Assembly (NCBI GenBank): GCA_051294905.1
Contig: CM119371.1
Location: 19,098,001-19,162,000, forward strand
DNA: 64,000 bases
Direction: 5' to 3'
Source: Botryllus schlosseri
Taxonomy: Eukaryota
Shown: positions 23,478-36,744 of the stretch, piece after piece
How positions within the stretch are numbered: position 1 is the stretch's first letter
Layout of the letters: every line of letters begins with the position of its first letter
Notes under the pieces: generated by a model
Database searches by the model: none
What the model was told of the DNA's origin: nothing
Seen by the model: only the letters and a program-made list of their open reading frames with translations
Program-made: the position numbers and the translations under genes

Positions 23478-26400
23478 CAGAGTTGGATCAATTGTAATTT
23501 GTAATTGAGCTGGATGTAATTAATTACATTTTTTCATTTAATTGTAATTGAAGCATTTCTATTTTGTGTAATTGTAATTTCATCAAAATTTTGCTCAATT
23601 ACAATCTCAATTACTGTAATTTTCCAAGTATAGTACGGACCCTTAAAATGGCATGCAAATTCTGGGAAAATGCCTGTACCCATGTATAGTACGCACCCTG
23701 CATTCACAGTACATGAATGGCTGTGTTTTAGTACGCGATGTTGTTATGTTTTGCGATGTCACTGTCGAACAATCATGCTGTAACCATCGCTAATCATTAT
23801 GCAATTAATGGCATTGTCTCTAAACGATAGTACAGAGCAGCCAAAGCCTGCGAGGCTGGCGACGCGATAGTTCGGGCCAGCGACACGACGTCTTGCACAC
23901 GAGGTCCATTACAGATGCGATTGCTAATCATTATACAAGTAACAGTATTATCTCTATACGATAGTAGATAGCTGCCAAAGCCTGCGAGGCCGGCGACGCG
24001 ACATCTTCCGCACGAGGTCAGATGCGATTGCTCAGGCCAACGGCTATGTCGTGCACATTGCACACCACGCCGGTTGGAGGTGCGACCGATTACGCAAGCG
24101 ATTATTTTTTGCGCACATGGCCTGTCGATGAATTAGCCAGGATTGCCGCGCGCACGTTCAGCGATCAATGAATGACCTAATTTCGCTCGCGTGCAAACGG
24201 CAAACCAACTCAGGAGATTGCGTGCTGTGCAGACGACTCTCGTTAATTGGCAACACGCTTTTTGCTAATTGGTAGCTAGGGTTAGTTCGGATATCAATAA
24301 TTTTCACTATCTGGATAACGGATATATCCGGATATTTGGAATTTAGCTAACCGGTTAACTGGATAATGAATGCTAAGTGAGATAATCGATTTCACGAGGT
24401 CTGCATGAAAAATGGATCGCAAAATCATTACGCAGTGTTATTGTAGATTTATACGTACACGCGCAGTACGAGCGAATACGAGAAAAATCACGCAAATTTA
24501 ATGTTCACTACTTCTGCAACTCCCTCCTTATAAAGTACACTGCATCAATGGCGGCATCCTGTAGCCGGGACTGGAGTTTTGTAACAACAAGTCCACACGT
24601 ATTAAATGCCCTTTCTGCTTCCACAAAATGGGCTGAATATAGTAAGCAGCGCTTTCTTTTTGCCCATTCTTCTGTTTAGGTGTCCAGTACTGTAAGGACG
24701 AGTAGTTGATACTGGAATTGAGGCCGACATGATAGCTCGCTCTAATTCCTCCATGGGAAATTCAGCGGAAAAATAATGGGGGGGGGGTGTGTTTTAAATA
24801 AAACGAGGTGGTTTCGATTTTTTTTCGAATTTAGTATCAGTGGAAATTAATTACGCTTGCACGCATGAACATGCTTGCGAAATACGAACATTCGGTGTCA
24901 TTAAGTTACGCGATGTCACTCATTAATCACAATCGCTGATCATAATAGTCTTACCGGCATATTGTCTCCAAGTCACCAAGAGATAGGAGCCAACGCATGC
25001 CAGACCCGAGACTCGATGGTTACGCCAGCGATGATAGGATATCGTTCGTACCATGCCTATTGCAGATGCGATTGTGTATGCCAGCGATAATATCGTGAGC
25101 ACCAAGCCAATGCAGGTGTGATTATGTAGGCCAGTGATGGTATAAAGTACACAGAGCCTATTGCCGATGTGATTCTGCCAGCGGAACTATAGGCTTGTTG
25201 AAGACTCGAAAAATCAGGCCAGCAACGATAGCCGAGTTTGCGGCAATCAATGACCTAATTTGGCGAACTTCACAGCGGGAGATTGCGTCGCGTTACACAC
25301 TGCATTGACGTATCTCGCTAATTGGCAGAGCGCAACACTGATAATACGACTTATTGAAGCTTCCTAAAAGTGTAAAATGCATTATTACCGATACTATTTT
25401 ATCCGGTTAACCGGCAGATTTATATCCGGATATCGGATAATAAAAAAACCTGCGGTTAACCGTTATCCGAATAATCCAACCCTATTGGTAGCGCGTTACA
25501 AGGATAATACGAATTACTGGGCACGATGACTGAAAGTGATGCGCGATTGGAAACAAACATGAAGAAAGGTGTGATTTCAAGTTTTTTATCGAGGGAGATT
25601 TTTTTCCAGCATGTAGGGCAAAAAATCGTGAAAATTTTGCGGATTATACATGTAAAATGACGGTACATTTTCATGGAAACCTGACAATCACAAGATAAAA
25701 TGAATGAATTAACCAATCATTTATTCGTCGCCCCAGTGAAAATCCGGTACGAACCAGGATGACGACGAGGGACCTTAGTAAACCAGTGTTGAGATCAAGT
25801 CACTACCTTCGATTCAATTCGAATCATTGCACATTTTGACTCGAGTCAAGTCAAGTCAATCGAGTTTCGAAGGTGACTCGAGTCAGTCAAGTCGAGTCAG
25901 TCGATGCGTGAAAGCATCTGAACGGGGCGCGACGCTCAAGTGAACTGAAATATTTTCCGCGCTTGGCCCAATTCACCTCCGTTTTATGGTTATTGCTCGG
26001 TGTATAGTCTGAATTTCGTATTGGAGAATTCTCTCATCAACAGTCATTCATAACCTTCCATACCATCAAACTATATGTAAGGATCGCTAACTTTCTGGTT
26101 TCACGGAGTGATATGACGATAAGGGGGGCACGAAATATTCACTGTTATAAAGGGGGGCGTGTCTAAAAAAGTTAGAGAACCAGTGGGCTGAACTAAATCT
26201 TAATATTTCAAAAATGGTTGAACAGCAAATAAACTCTTCTGAAACCTGTGCTGAAGCATTTCCTACACCACGGTCAAAGTTTTTTTAAATCTCCGACCAG
26301 TACCGAGGCTTGTTGCAACAATAGCAAAAAAAATTCAAGTTTCCAAGCAATTAAGGCTTCATCAAACTTGATCACGCATTTGTAGAGATGTTATCCCAAT

Positions 26401-27076
26401 CTTACCTCCAATCTTGGCCAAATTTACTGGGGCCAGAAACTATTCGCACCCTAATGTTCATCAAATGCAATCCAACAGTTTTCGAGCAATTGAAAATGTA
26501 AATGCGAACCAAAATATTGTAATTCTTAGTTATCAGGAGGTTCTTTCCTTTTGCATTTATTTTAATTTTACGCACCTTATCGGCATCATCCTTATTGCAG
26601 ACGCCTTACCAATTACATTTCATTATCCTGACTCAGCTCTGAGTAGTCTAATCGTTTGATTACATTCATTGACTGTCCTGTAGCCTATTCGCTGTTAGTC
26701 GCTCAAACCTTTGATTCTTAACGGTCGCTTGAAACATTTTTCTGTGCTTGTAGTTTTCAGTACGCATGATTAGGAATATTTCGAATACGTTCGAGTTTTT
26801 TTAATTAAAGGGTATTCTACATATCAGGAATGAAACATGAATATCTTGAGATTGTTGCTAATTACGTCGCTACGGTTGTCAAAGAACACCTCTTTACTGA
26901 ATCAATTACCTGTTTAAAAGTAATTGTAATTATAATTGTTGTAATAATTACATGTTTAACAGTAATTGTAATTTGATATTTTTAGCATTGAGTAATTGTA
27001 ATTTTAATGTAATTTAAACATGCAGGGAAGTAATTGTAATTGTAATTGAATTAAAATGTAATTGATCCAATTTCTG
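23478..27076. mobile_element. hAT-like element with (gtaatt)n subterminal arrays, nested
   Basis: TIRs cagagttggatcaatt / aattgatccaatttctg; TSD gtgcctac/gtagctac. Confidence 0.7.
24277..25484. mobile_element. hAT-like MITE (tagggtt / atccgga motifs), nested
   Basis: tagggttag ... ccaacccta; perfect TSD ttggtagc. Confidence 0.8.
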
Positions 27077-30000
27077 GTAGCTACTACTGTAATTATTGAG
27101 TCACAGCCTTGAAACTTAGTACGGTGTTAGATTCCTTCATCGAGATTTTATTATCCATCGCCGTATAAAATTCATTCAGATTGTACACATACCAATACTG
27201 GCTTTTGCATAAAATCTGCGCCGCGGACCCGGACATACTCGACTTTGATACCGTAATCATTGAGTCACAGCCTTGATACTCGGCACAGTGCTAGATGTCT
27301 CCATCAAGTTATAGAATACGACATTGTGTCATCTACCGCGGAATAAAACACATTCAAAACCTAGATATAGCAATTCAAGCCTTTGTGAAAAATCCGCCAT
27401 GCGGTGGGCTAGATGTCAGGTCACCGCTCAACCTGATATACTCGACTATGATAACAAAATTACTATCCTAATCATCGAGTCACACCCTCAAAAATTGGTT
27501 CAGTGTAAGATGCAATCATCCGACCTTCAGCCTACCGCATTGCTGATTTTTCTGTAGAAGACTGTATTGGTACAGTGTTGGATGCTTGAAGATATGTAGT
27601 TACAAATTTTGTTATCTGTCGCCGTGGAGAACACAATCAAAATCTCCTCATACCAAGTTTCAAGGCTTTGACCCAATAATTACAGTAGTAAGTACGTTGT
27701 CAAAGTCGAGTATCCAGGGTCAGCGGGCGATGATGTGGCAATGAGCCAACTGCATAAAGGAATTTTCGCGGAATTTGATATTGGTATATGTGAGTTTAGA
27801 AAGTGTTCCATACCGATATGGATGACGAAATTCCGTATGGTATATCTTGGTTGTGTTATCCAGCTTCGCAGTAAGTTTCAGGATTTTCACTCAATGATTA
27901 GCCTGGTAATTCTGTAATTGAAGTCGGCAATATATCGGTGCGCGTTGATCTACCGGATCTTCGTCAGCGGAATTACTGCACTAATCATTGAGTCAGAGCA
28001 TTGAAACTCGGTGCAGTGCTAGATGACAGCATCAAAATACACCATACTAAATCCTGTCACCCAACTCGATACGGAACATAGTCATAATCAACAAAGACTA
28101 ATAGCGACTTTGCCTTTAATTACTGTTGCAGGCGGATCGACAATAACAAAGTCGTCAAAGGCATCTGGGCGTGGCAGTCACATGATTTTCTGAGTGTCCA
28201 CACCACCTTTGAGTACACGCTAGTGATATCAACTATAGGGCCATAACCTTCAAGATATTGACGAACACTTGGGAATATTTTTCCTGTATTTCAACTCAGT
28301 GATATTATATTTACATCTTCGATTCTTCGTGGTCGCCGATTTTAGTGAATAAGTTATTTCATTTGCGATTTATATAACCTAGTTTAAATGCTGTCTCAAT
28401 GGACTAGATTAATTAAATATTACCAATACCAATATCTGACCGATGACCGCTGCAACACATCTATCTCAAGGGGAAAATATGTGAAAAAGCACCACTCTCC
28501 CTGCAGGAATGTGTGGGAAATTTTTGGTTATGGCAAAAGTGATGAAAATTGCCATTTCAATTACTATCACAGTAGAATCTGATTAATTTTAGACAACGGT
28601 ACCTGGGCGCGTAGCCAAGGGGCAAGGGTCGAACCTTGGGACTTACAGCCAGTGGTGTTCAAACTTGGAACCCAGTCTTTTTGAAATGATTATTTTATCC
28701 TCAATATTCAGTTGCGGCCAGTTAGCAAGAAGCGTCTTGCCAATTAGCGAGATTAGTTGGCTCACAATGACAAGCGATCTCTCTGGTGAGTTTTTTTTCA
28801 TTTGCGAACAAGCGAATAAAGTCATTGATTTCCTGGTGTGCAAGATATCGTCGCTGGCTAAAACGATCACGTCTCGGTCCTCGCATGCTTTGACGCCTAT
28901 CTATCCATCTTTTAGAGCAGTGTTTCTGAAACTTATTTGAGCTGCCCCCCCCGGTCATTGAAAGACGCACCAGCGCGCCGACCCCCGACACCCCCGCCTG
29001 AATATTATTGCGTCGTTCTTGCTGTCGAAAAATTTTGGATTTGAATAAAATAGTATTTACGGTGAACAATTCTCTATTTATTTATGATGAGTGTGCTCAC
29101 CGTAAATACTATTTTATTCAAGTCAAAAATTTTCTAAGGCAGTAGCTCTGCTTCCAGTGGTTGGAATTGAGCCAAATTTGGTGAGCATCGTTTCTATAGA
29201 CAACCTAACAATTTCATGGGGTGAACAGAAAATTTTGAAATTTTTTTCATTTATTTTTATATAATAAATAAAAAACTTTCTTATCTCGCAGCAATGCGGC
29301 TACTGGTTGGAATTGAACCTAATTTTGTGTGCAGGCTTTAATTAGGTAACCTAACAATTTTATCAAGTAGCCAGTACAATTCGAGACGAAAAGTCATTTT
29401 TGAACACCCCCAGTACTGATATTAATTATGAAATTGCCAATAGCGTTCTGATACAAATATATTGCTGTTTCGTGATGTTGTGTTGAGATTTGTGGAAAAA
29501 TAAAAAAGTTGTTGCGGTAAGGTCAATCAGGACGACCTCGAAATGTTTGCAAAACATCATGGATTTGAAGTTTTCAGCCTCAGCAAATTTGTAAACAGTC
29601 GTTTGAAATAGATATTCGAGTTTTCCTAATCTGTTCGAACAAAGGAATTGAAACATCGCCAAGCAATCCATTTTCTCGTGTGATATACAAAACCACTATT
29701 CTAGAATAACTCACGATGAGCTGTTTGATAGAAATGACCAGGCTGTTGGTTGAAAAAAAAACTACAATTTGGTGCCATGTATGTTGCGATCTTACCCGAA
29801 TGTGTAGTTAGTTGTGCATCGAAGGCGAGGATTTTCAAGACACAGCCATGTATGTAAGGATGCAGCTGCAGAATTAGCTTTGAGTTGAAAAAGTATACCA
29901 AATTTATAGGCCTATATATCTTATGATGTTATTTACAAAAAAGTCATTTTAGCACTGTTTATAACTAGTATACAGTTATTTTTTGCGTAAGACGGATGAC

Positions 30001-31399
30001 GGTTGCACGGCAGTTGAGCTCAATTGAAAATATAACTTGAAGGGGTACGCGGGGGTCCGTGACTGTTCAAAACGCATCCGTGAAGACAAAAAGGTTAAGA
30101 ACCACTGGCGTAGGCAATTCAGCAGCTTTATTCATCAACACCACACAGTAATTGCCTTCTCAACCTACACCACCCATATTTGCTCTCAGCACCTCCTACT
30201 CTGAAAGTTGTAGCAACCCACCCTCCCCCCCCCCCTTTAATTTCAACCCGCCGCCCACCCTTCTTTATTTTTGGCTGTGAAATGTTCTGGTCCAAGTTCA
30301 GTCCTGAAAATTTTCAATTCAGTCCAACCTCATCCTGATAAAATATTTTTAAAATTCACAGTCCAACTCCATCCCGATCCAAAAATATTTCCAAGTCTAA
30401 AAGCACAATTCTATGACTAGGCTTTTGGAAGTACAGAACTTCAATATTGCGGCAAACAATATCAACAATACAAACAATAACAATACGGTCATGTTGCCAA
30501 ATTTCGACTGGCTCTCATCACGAGCGAACGCCAGTAAATGAGGTTAACCAAGCTCGAATTTACTGGCGCTCGCTCCCGAAGAGAGCCAGTCGAAAAGCTT
30601 TAAGTGGAATAAATTTGGCAACACGGACGTACTGTTTTCTGCAAAACTCGACGACTGAAAAAATAGGAATCCCACGTGACTGATAATAATTGAAGTCCGC
30701 GTAATAGAAACCAGGTCTGAAGTACACAATATGTATGATTCTCCACGTCTCTAGCATGCATTTAGGCCACTCCCCACTACACGGTATCTTCATCCTGTGT
30801 TGAATCAACAAGACTCCTGATCAGAACTAGCATGATGTCTGTCTTCCCTATGGAATCTCGGTTCATTTTTTGAAATTAATCCTGCGTGATGAGAGCTTTT
30901 CTACATAGAATAATCAAATAATAAACAGAAAATCTTATGTGACGTTGCCACCAATTCCACTCAGGGGCTGTCTACACCTCAAGCATCTCAACATGTCTAT
31001 ATCATCGCAATGGAATCAAAGTGGCTCATGCCTATTTTACACATTTTAAACATAATCATGGCTAAGATGTGACCAAAGAAATATGAAAATTTTACAAAAA
31101 GTTGATTATTCATTCAAAAATTTGGCTCAAACTTTGAGAAAATGGATATACGTTATAACAATAAAATCATTATCAGAGGGTCTCTACACAAAAAAACAGT
31201 CTGCTATAGTAGTTTACCGAATATACACATAAAATATTGAATAGTATGTTCGTATTGAAATGAACAGCAACTGACAATTACCCCCGAGAAGTGTCAGCCA
31301 AAAATATCTGGGTTCATTTCAATATCAATATACTATTGAAGTGAATATTGAAGGTCTATATCCAAGCTGATCTTCACATTAATATTATGGACGATAAAT

Positions 31400-31566
31400 C
31401 CAGCCAGCCGGCCCACTGCAAGACTTTTTGTAAGACATCGCTTACGCGGATGAGATGGCGAAGACGAGCCTAGACCTCCAACACTTGAGTAAGAATTCTG
31501 GAGTCGACCTCGGTCAGACTTGAACCCGCAACCCATTGGTGTTGAAGTTGTCGAGCACCATGTGCC
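31400..31566 (-). mobile_element. tRNA-derived SINE-like element (family 2)
   Basis: Minus strand B-box gggttcaagtc then accgaggtcgactccagaattc; second copy at 33990-34145. Confidence 0.6.
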
Positions 31567-32569
31567 AATGGTGTAATTTGCTGCTTTAAATTTGGAAATA
31601 TCATTTATGAACTACAGGATATCGTTAAAATTTTTGAAACGGCTCGCTTTCAGATTTTCTGCTTTCATTTGGCCCACAGAAAAAAATAATTGCCCACCTC
31701 TGCCATACTGTATGATTCGTACAGATCCAAAACCTATTTTTCATAAAGATCATGTTTGAAAACACTAAACAGCCAATCACACCTGTATTTACAAACCCGA
31801 ATAGGGCAATAATTAGCACGATGTTGGATTTTGTTTTGATTAATTCAAGTAATTGTATTGGAGTACTACCAAGGAAGACGAAAAACACTTATTGTCTTAG
31901 GCAGTAAGTTTTGCTTTACAAACGGGCATGGGATGATTGAGTGTCGGTCGGTAATTAAACCGAAATTGCCACCAATTCCATTGCATTGCTGAGAACAGCC
32001 GCGGTGTCCAGCAGTCTGACCCGGTCCTACGCAGTATTGGATGCTACAGGTCAGATCATCCTGTTCAAAGTCGATCTATGAATGATTCCTGTGTTATAGC
32101 TATGTAACTGGCTTACTGATCTGGAATATAATTGCCTGGCATGAGTAAGAATTTCTCTACAATCGCACAAACACCCGTCACTATCTGACACTATGATCCA
32201 GAGTGGAATTGGTGGCACCGTCACACGCAACTTCTCGTGTCTATTACTTAATTATTCTATGCAAGAAACGCTTCTGCCATGCGCAACTTATGTTTGAAAA
32301 CAACCACTGTTTCCAGTCTTGACTATGAACACTTCATATCAAAAGCTGCGCTTTCGCTCAGTTTTCTCTAGTATTTTCGTAGGGAAATCCCCGAAGTCAC
32401 CCGTGTCGCGCATACGTCATCTAGCGTTCAATGGTTCAATGAAAATACACACAAAAAATTATAAATTCTGCAACTTTTTCTGCAACTTTTGTTACAATTA
32501 AGTGCAACCTACTCGCTATTCGACTGCTACAAAAACCTGGCCTGGTAATTATACATATACCGACAAGAT

Positions 32570-33205
32570 ACCGACAAGGTAGCGTAATGGTGAAGCGTCC
32601 GGCTTCTTGATCGGTAGGTCGTGGGTTCGATCCCCGGCCGGGTCAGACCAAAGATCTGATCAGTAACACTGGTATCCATGACTTCCCTGCTTGGCGCACA
32701 TGCATTACTGGGATAGCATGGAGGGCCGTCCAAAGTTATATCGGTACCTTCCTTGTCCAGCGGCATATGCACATCATGCACTCATGGTATGCATATGTTG
32801 TGGTTCTCTGGCCCCTTCTCTCTCATATCTGTAAATCACGTGATTTATGTCTTTCTTCTCGTATCACGGAACTTACCATTTATCAGCACGTGCATCTCAA
32901 ATTACGAACTAGACTCATCTGCGATATCCTACTGTATATTCCATACATATTCGACCAATATATCTATCTGAGGCAATACTGTCGTTGCATTCACGTTGAA
33001 GTTGTCAAATCAAGGACTAACGCAGGGACGTGCGTCTACTACTAAAGAGCTAAGTATATCTACCCAGCCACACATTACGTGGGACTCAGGTTACAACTCT
33101 AGCAGGTTATCAGACGACGTATCTGGTCCGCAATGTACAGATCGTGTGTATGTATATCATGAGTCGGTGTATATGCCCCAAAAACATAAAGGAAAAAATA
33201 AAACT
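32570..33205 (+). mobile_element. tRNA-derived SINE with Meta-domain-like core
   Basis: A-box tagcgtaatgg, B-box ggttcgatccc, then ggtcagaccaaaga...ggtatc...ttccctgcttggcgcac; A-rich 3' end (boundary uncertain). Confidence 0.7.
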
Positions 33206-33238
33206 ACGTTCTTGCTTCCCTTTCCTCTCCAGCTAGAC

Positions 33239-33573
33239 CGTGGTTCCCAGCCTTTTTCGACTCATCGCCCCAAATTTTTTGAACCGAAAAATGGGCATGC
33301 AAACTGTAATCATCGTCGGGTTGACTGAAAAAAGTCAACTTTTCGGCTCGAACTCGAACTTATACACTTTTGCAGCTAAATTTCTGTGGGTTGACTAAAA
33401 AAAAATCATTTTTCCGTCTTGACTCCAATACAGCCGTTTTATCGCGCCATCGCCCCGACGCTATTTTCGCCCCTTACCGCCCCCTCTGTCCGTTTTAGCC
33501 GCCTCTATCGCCCCATTCGTTATTTTCTCCCCCCCCCCCTAGACCGCCAAATCGCCATCGTTGGGAACAACTG
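33239..33573. mobile_element. hAT-like MITE with cgcccc repeats
   Basis: cgtggttcccagcc ... gttgggaacaactg; TSD agctagac/agccagac. Confidence 0.7.
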
Positions 33574-33989
33574 AGCCAGACTAAGTAATCTTTGTTGAAG
33601 CATGTTATTATTATTCCGTGACCCCCGATAAAGTGTCGCTACTCTAATATATTGGAATCATTCACATTTATCTGACTAAAATAAAAGAAAATCTTGTATG
33701 AGACGCGCGCGACTTCAAATTGTGGTAGCTTATCTTAAATTGTGAGGGCGGGACTATTCGTTCTGCGATAATTTCGACGACTTGACATATCAATATCGAA
33801 TTTTCTGGTCAACCGGCGACGGTCATTTTGGGCTAAGGGTTTATCGCGGCGGAACTTTTTGGCACTGCACATCATGCTGCTTGTTTACCAAAACCTATGT
33901 CGTTGTTATTTAATGTTAATGGTGTTTCGACTACTGATCATTTTACACCATGCCGATATTCTTTATGTTTCCGTGTTTACTGACTTTTA

Positions 33990-34145
33990 GCGAGGCCCAC
34001 TTCTAGTTTTTTTAAGACACCGCATATACGGACCACGTAGCGAAGAGGAGCCTAGATTAACCTCCGACACTCAGGTAGGAATTCTGGGGTCGGCCTCGAT
34101 CGTACTCAAACCCGCTATCCCGACACGTAAAGGCTCGACCCCGAA
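33990..34145 (-). mobile_element. tRNA-derived SINE-like element (family 2)
   Basis: Aligns by eye with 31400-31566 (ccagaattc..agtgt.ggagg..ctaggctc.tcttcgc..gtgggcc). Confidence 0.6.
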
Positions 34146-35269
34146 ATACCCGAATCTGATATTCTCATACCTGTGCGTTACGCACCCATAGACTAAAACC
34201 ATAGCCTCTATAAAGGCTATGATAAAACATCCCCAACATTCTCCGACGTCGCTCGGCGATACTAGGAATATACCGTTCTTTCACAATTGCCAACATAATA
34301 AAATTAATCTCTGTAAATTATGCGTATTAAAAAAGTAGGGGATGCGCAGTTACGGCCTGCCATTTCCTTCTCTCCACCCTGCCTGCGTAAGCTACTAACT
34401 GAACAAGTTGGAACTTCCACAGAATCCAATGTTAGACAAGTTACTCAAATCAATTTGTATAAAAGAAAGGTAGGTAGGCTACATTTTCATGATCTAGCCA
34501 TGTTGTCATAACCATTTTTCTGTGTGCCTTTATTGTACCCAACACAAATGACCTCGGGTGGATATGCCCAAATTATCAACATGAGATCGCGCGAGGTGCG
34601 GAGAAATTTCTGCTATCGCAAGAAATTCAGCAAATATTTTATACATAATAAACCATCGCTCAAGAGCGGCCCAATCGCGCCGCGACGCATACTTTAAGAA
34701 CTATGAACTATGACATTTTACATAGTAATTTAATTAGGAATTGCCGATGTTGATACTTGTAAGTTTCAGCAAAAATTAAACTCATTCTAAGTTCAAGAAT
34801 ATTAATTTCTCTAAGACGTATCTATACTCGCGTCTCTTCAGATGCTTTCACGCCCCCAGTTTGAGACCATAGTGTTGGGATCAAGTCACTACCTTCGAGT
34901 CACGAGTCATTGCACATTTTGACTCGAATCAAGTCAAGTCAATCGATTTTCGAAGGTAACTCGAGTCAAGTCAAGTCACTCGATTTTTGGAGGTGACTGG
35001 AGTCAAGTCGAGTCAAGTCAAGTCACGAGTCAAGTCCCAATTCAAGTCAAGTTGCCCTTTCGAAGTATGAGGCATGATTACGTCATTGCATTTTGCTAGT
35101 TGTCTGAAATACAGATTGAGTGGTCATTGATTCTTAACCAATGAAAGAATATAGAGTTAAATATACACGCAAGAAAGCGCTGTATCGCTCACATATACGT
35201 AAAACTGCTCAACTACGTAAGTAATTCCGTATCATCATTTTATAGTTACCAGCCAAAATAGAGAATAGC

Positions 35270-35548
35270 TGCTATACATTATCCATTTACAAATTGATAT
35301 GATAGACTTTGAGCTTGCGCCAATGGTTGATGACTACTTAAAACTATATTCGAATTCAATTTCAATAAAACAAGAGGTTTGGTTAAGGTAAGAACAGAAT
35401 ACAATAAGATGCAATACATTACCCATTTGCAAATTGATATGATAGAATTCGAGCTTGCGCTCTTGGTTGATGTTGATGACTATATAAACTATATTCGAAT
35501 TCAATTTCAATAAAACAAGAGGTTTGGTTAACTAAACAGTACAATAAG
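35270..35548 (+). repeat. About 140-bp direct tandem duplication
   Basis: atacatta.ccattt.caaattgatatgataga...aacaagaggtttggttaa occurs twice. Confidence 0.8.
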
Positions 35549-36619
35549 TGTCGGATATAAGTCGCGGTAAACACGACTAACCGGTGGCGAAGCCCCCAGA
35601 AGTTTGGTCTATCCCCCTTCGAAGGGCCTGACGAAGTGTTGTTGTGGTCCTGCCATAAAATAATGCGGGAAGTTTAGGCTTCCCGCATGCTGCTATCCGA
35701 TCGTTGGCCCTATTCACATGTCTCGAGTTGGTCTCTGAAACCTACACACACAAAATAACGCACCAGCATTTCATTAACATTGAAAGCGTTTTTATTTGCT
35801 AGTTCGTTAAACCCACGGTCAGGGGCTGCAACACATCAACCACACGGGAACAGAATCAGCGAGATCAAACAGGAAATAAACATTGTTCGACACCACAAAC
35901 TCAAATTTGCTCTGGCCGCAACGTCATCCGCATTGCAGACATTGCGATATCACTTTTGTCCGAAGCATACATTAGTTGCCCAGATATCATTTTCTTCGAA
36001 ATGCTTCCAGCCTTGATGTATATTCGAGCACAACACATTCAACGACACAGATCCTGCAGACTACTAGCCGTCAATATACAATTTATCGCAAAAAATCGCC
36101 GTGCAACAATACCAATGACTGTAAAGCTGATTTCAAACAGCAATCAACATTAATGAATAGGTAATGCAGACGTGAGCGGTTACACTTTTTAACAGCAAAA
36201 GAATATTGCAAAGCACAAAAAATTGTAGATGTGGACGCAGTCTAAAATCATAACCACTTGAGTAAGTATAGTTTAAGTATGCAAAACTTACTCGAGTACT
36301 TCGAAAGAGTAGTATTTTGTTAGCGACCACTTCTGGTGACACTGCAGCAGAGGTGCCGAAAACAGTCATGGTTCGTACTCGAGTAGAGGTAGCAGTAACG
36401 CTGTATATTTCTACTCAAGTACAAGTAGTAGTGGAAAGTTTTCTAGGTTTCGTTTTGCTTTAAAACTATGAAGAAGTAGAAATACAATAGTTTATGAATA
36501 TGCAATAGTTTGTACAAGTATGCCCGACACGGTTCTTGGTGGCGCAATCACCAATCTCGTCTCGATCAGATAATTTGTAAAGGTACAGTCCAGGTCCGAG
36601 GTGCAGTAGAAAGTTGACT

Positions 36620-36744
36620 CAACACTTTGGAAGTTGGTGATGTGCTTCTCTGTCGCATGAAATAGTGTTTGCTCTTCGCCATAGGTGGCCAACGTTGCTG
36701 GCGACCATGCGGTGCTTCCATTTCAGGATGAATGGCGCTTACAC
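36620..36744 (-). pseudogene. PKA-C-like relic, last exon (copy 2)
   Basis: tttctttgccag|V*APFI..EMEAPHG..SN..ATYGEEQTLFHATEKHITNFQS. Confidence 0.72.

Larger units (their letters stand above)
22930..28222. mobile_element. Long-TIR (foldback/Mutator-like) element with nested inserts
   Basis: About 540-bp inverted arms at 22930-23470 and ~27695-28222; TSD tagtgagat/tagtgatat; empty site in paralogue near 15881. Confidence 0.85.

Noticed and set aside
32575..32645. Functional tRNA gene
   Set aside because: No proper acceptor stem or oligo-T terminator; continues into a SINE body.
35625..35700. ctgacga motif plus atgcgggaag/cttcccgcat hairpin as hammerhead ribozyme or Helitron end
   Set aside because: No GAAA core in the right geometry and no CTRR terminus after the hairpin.
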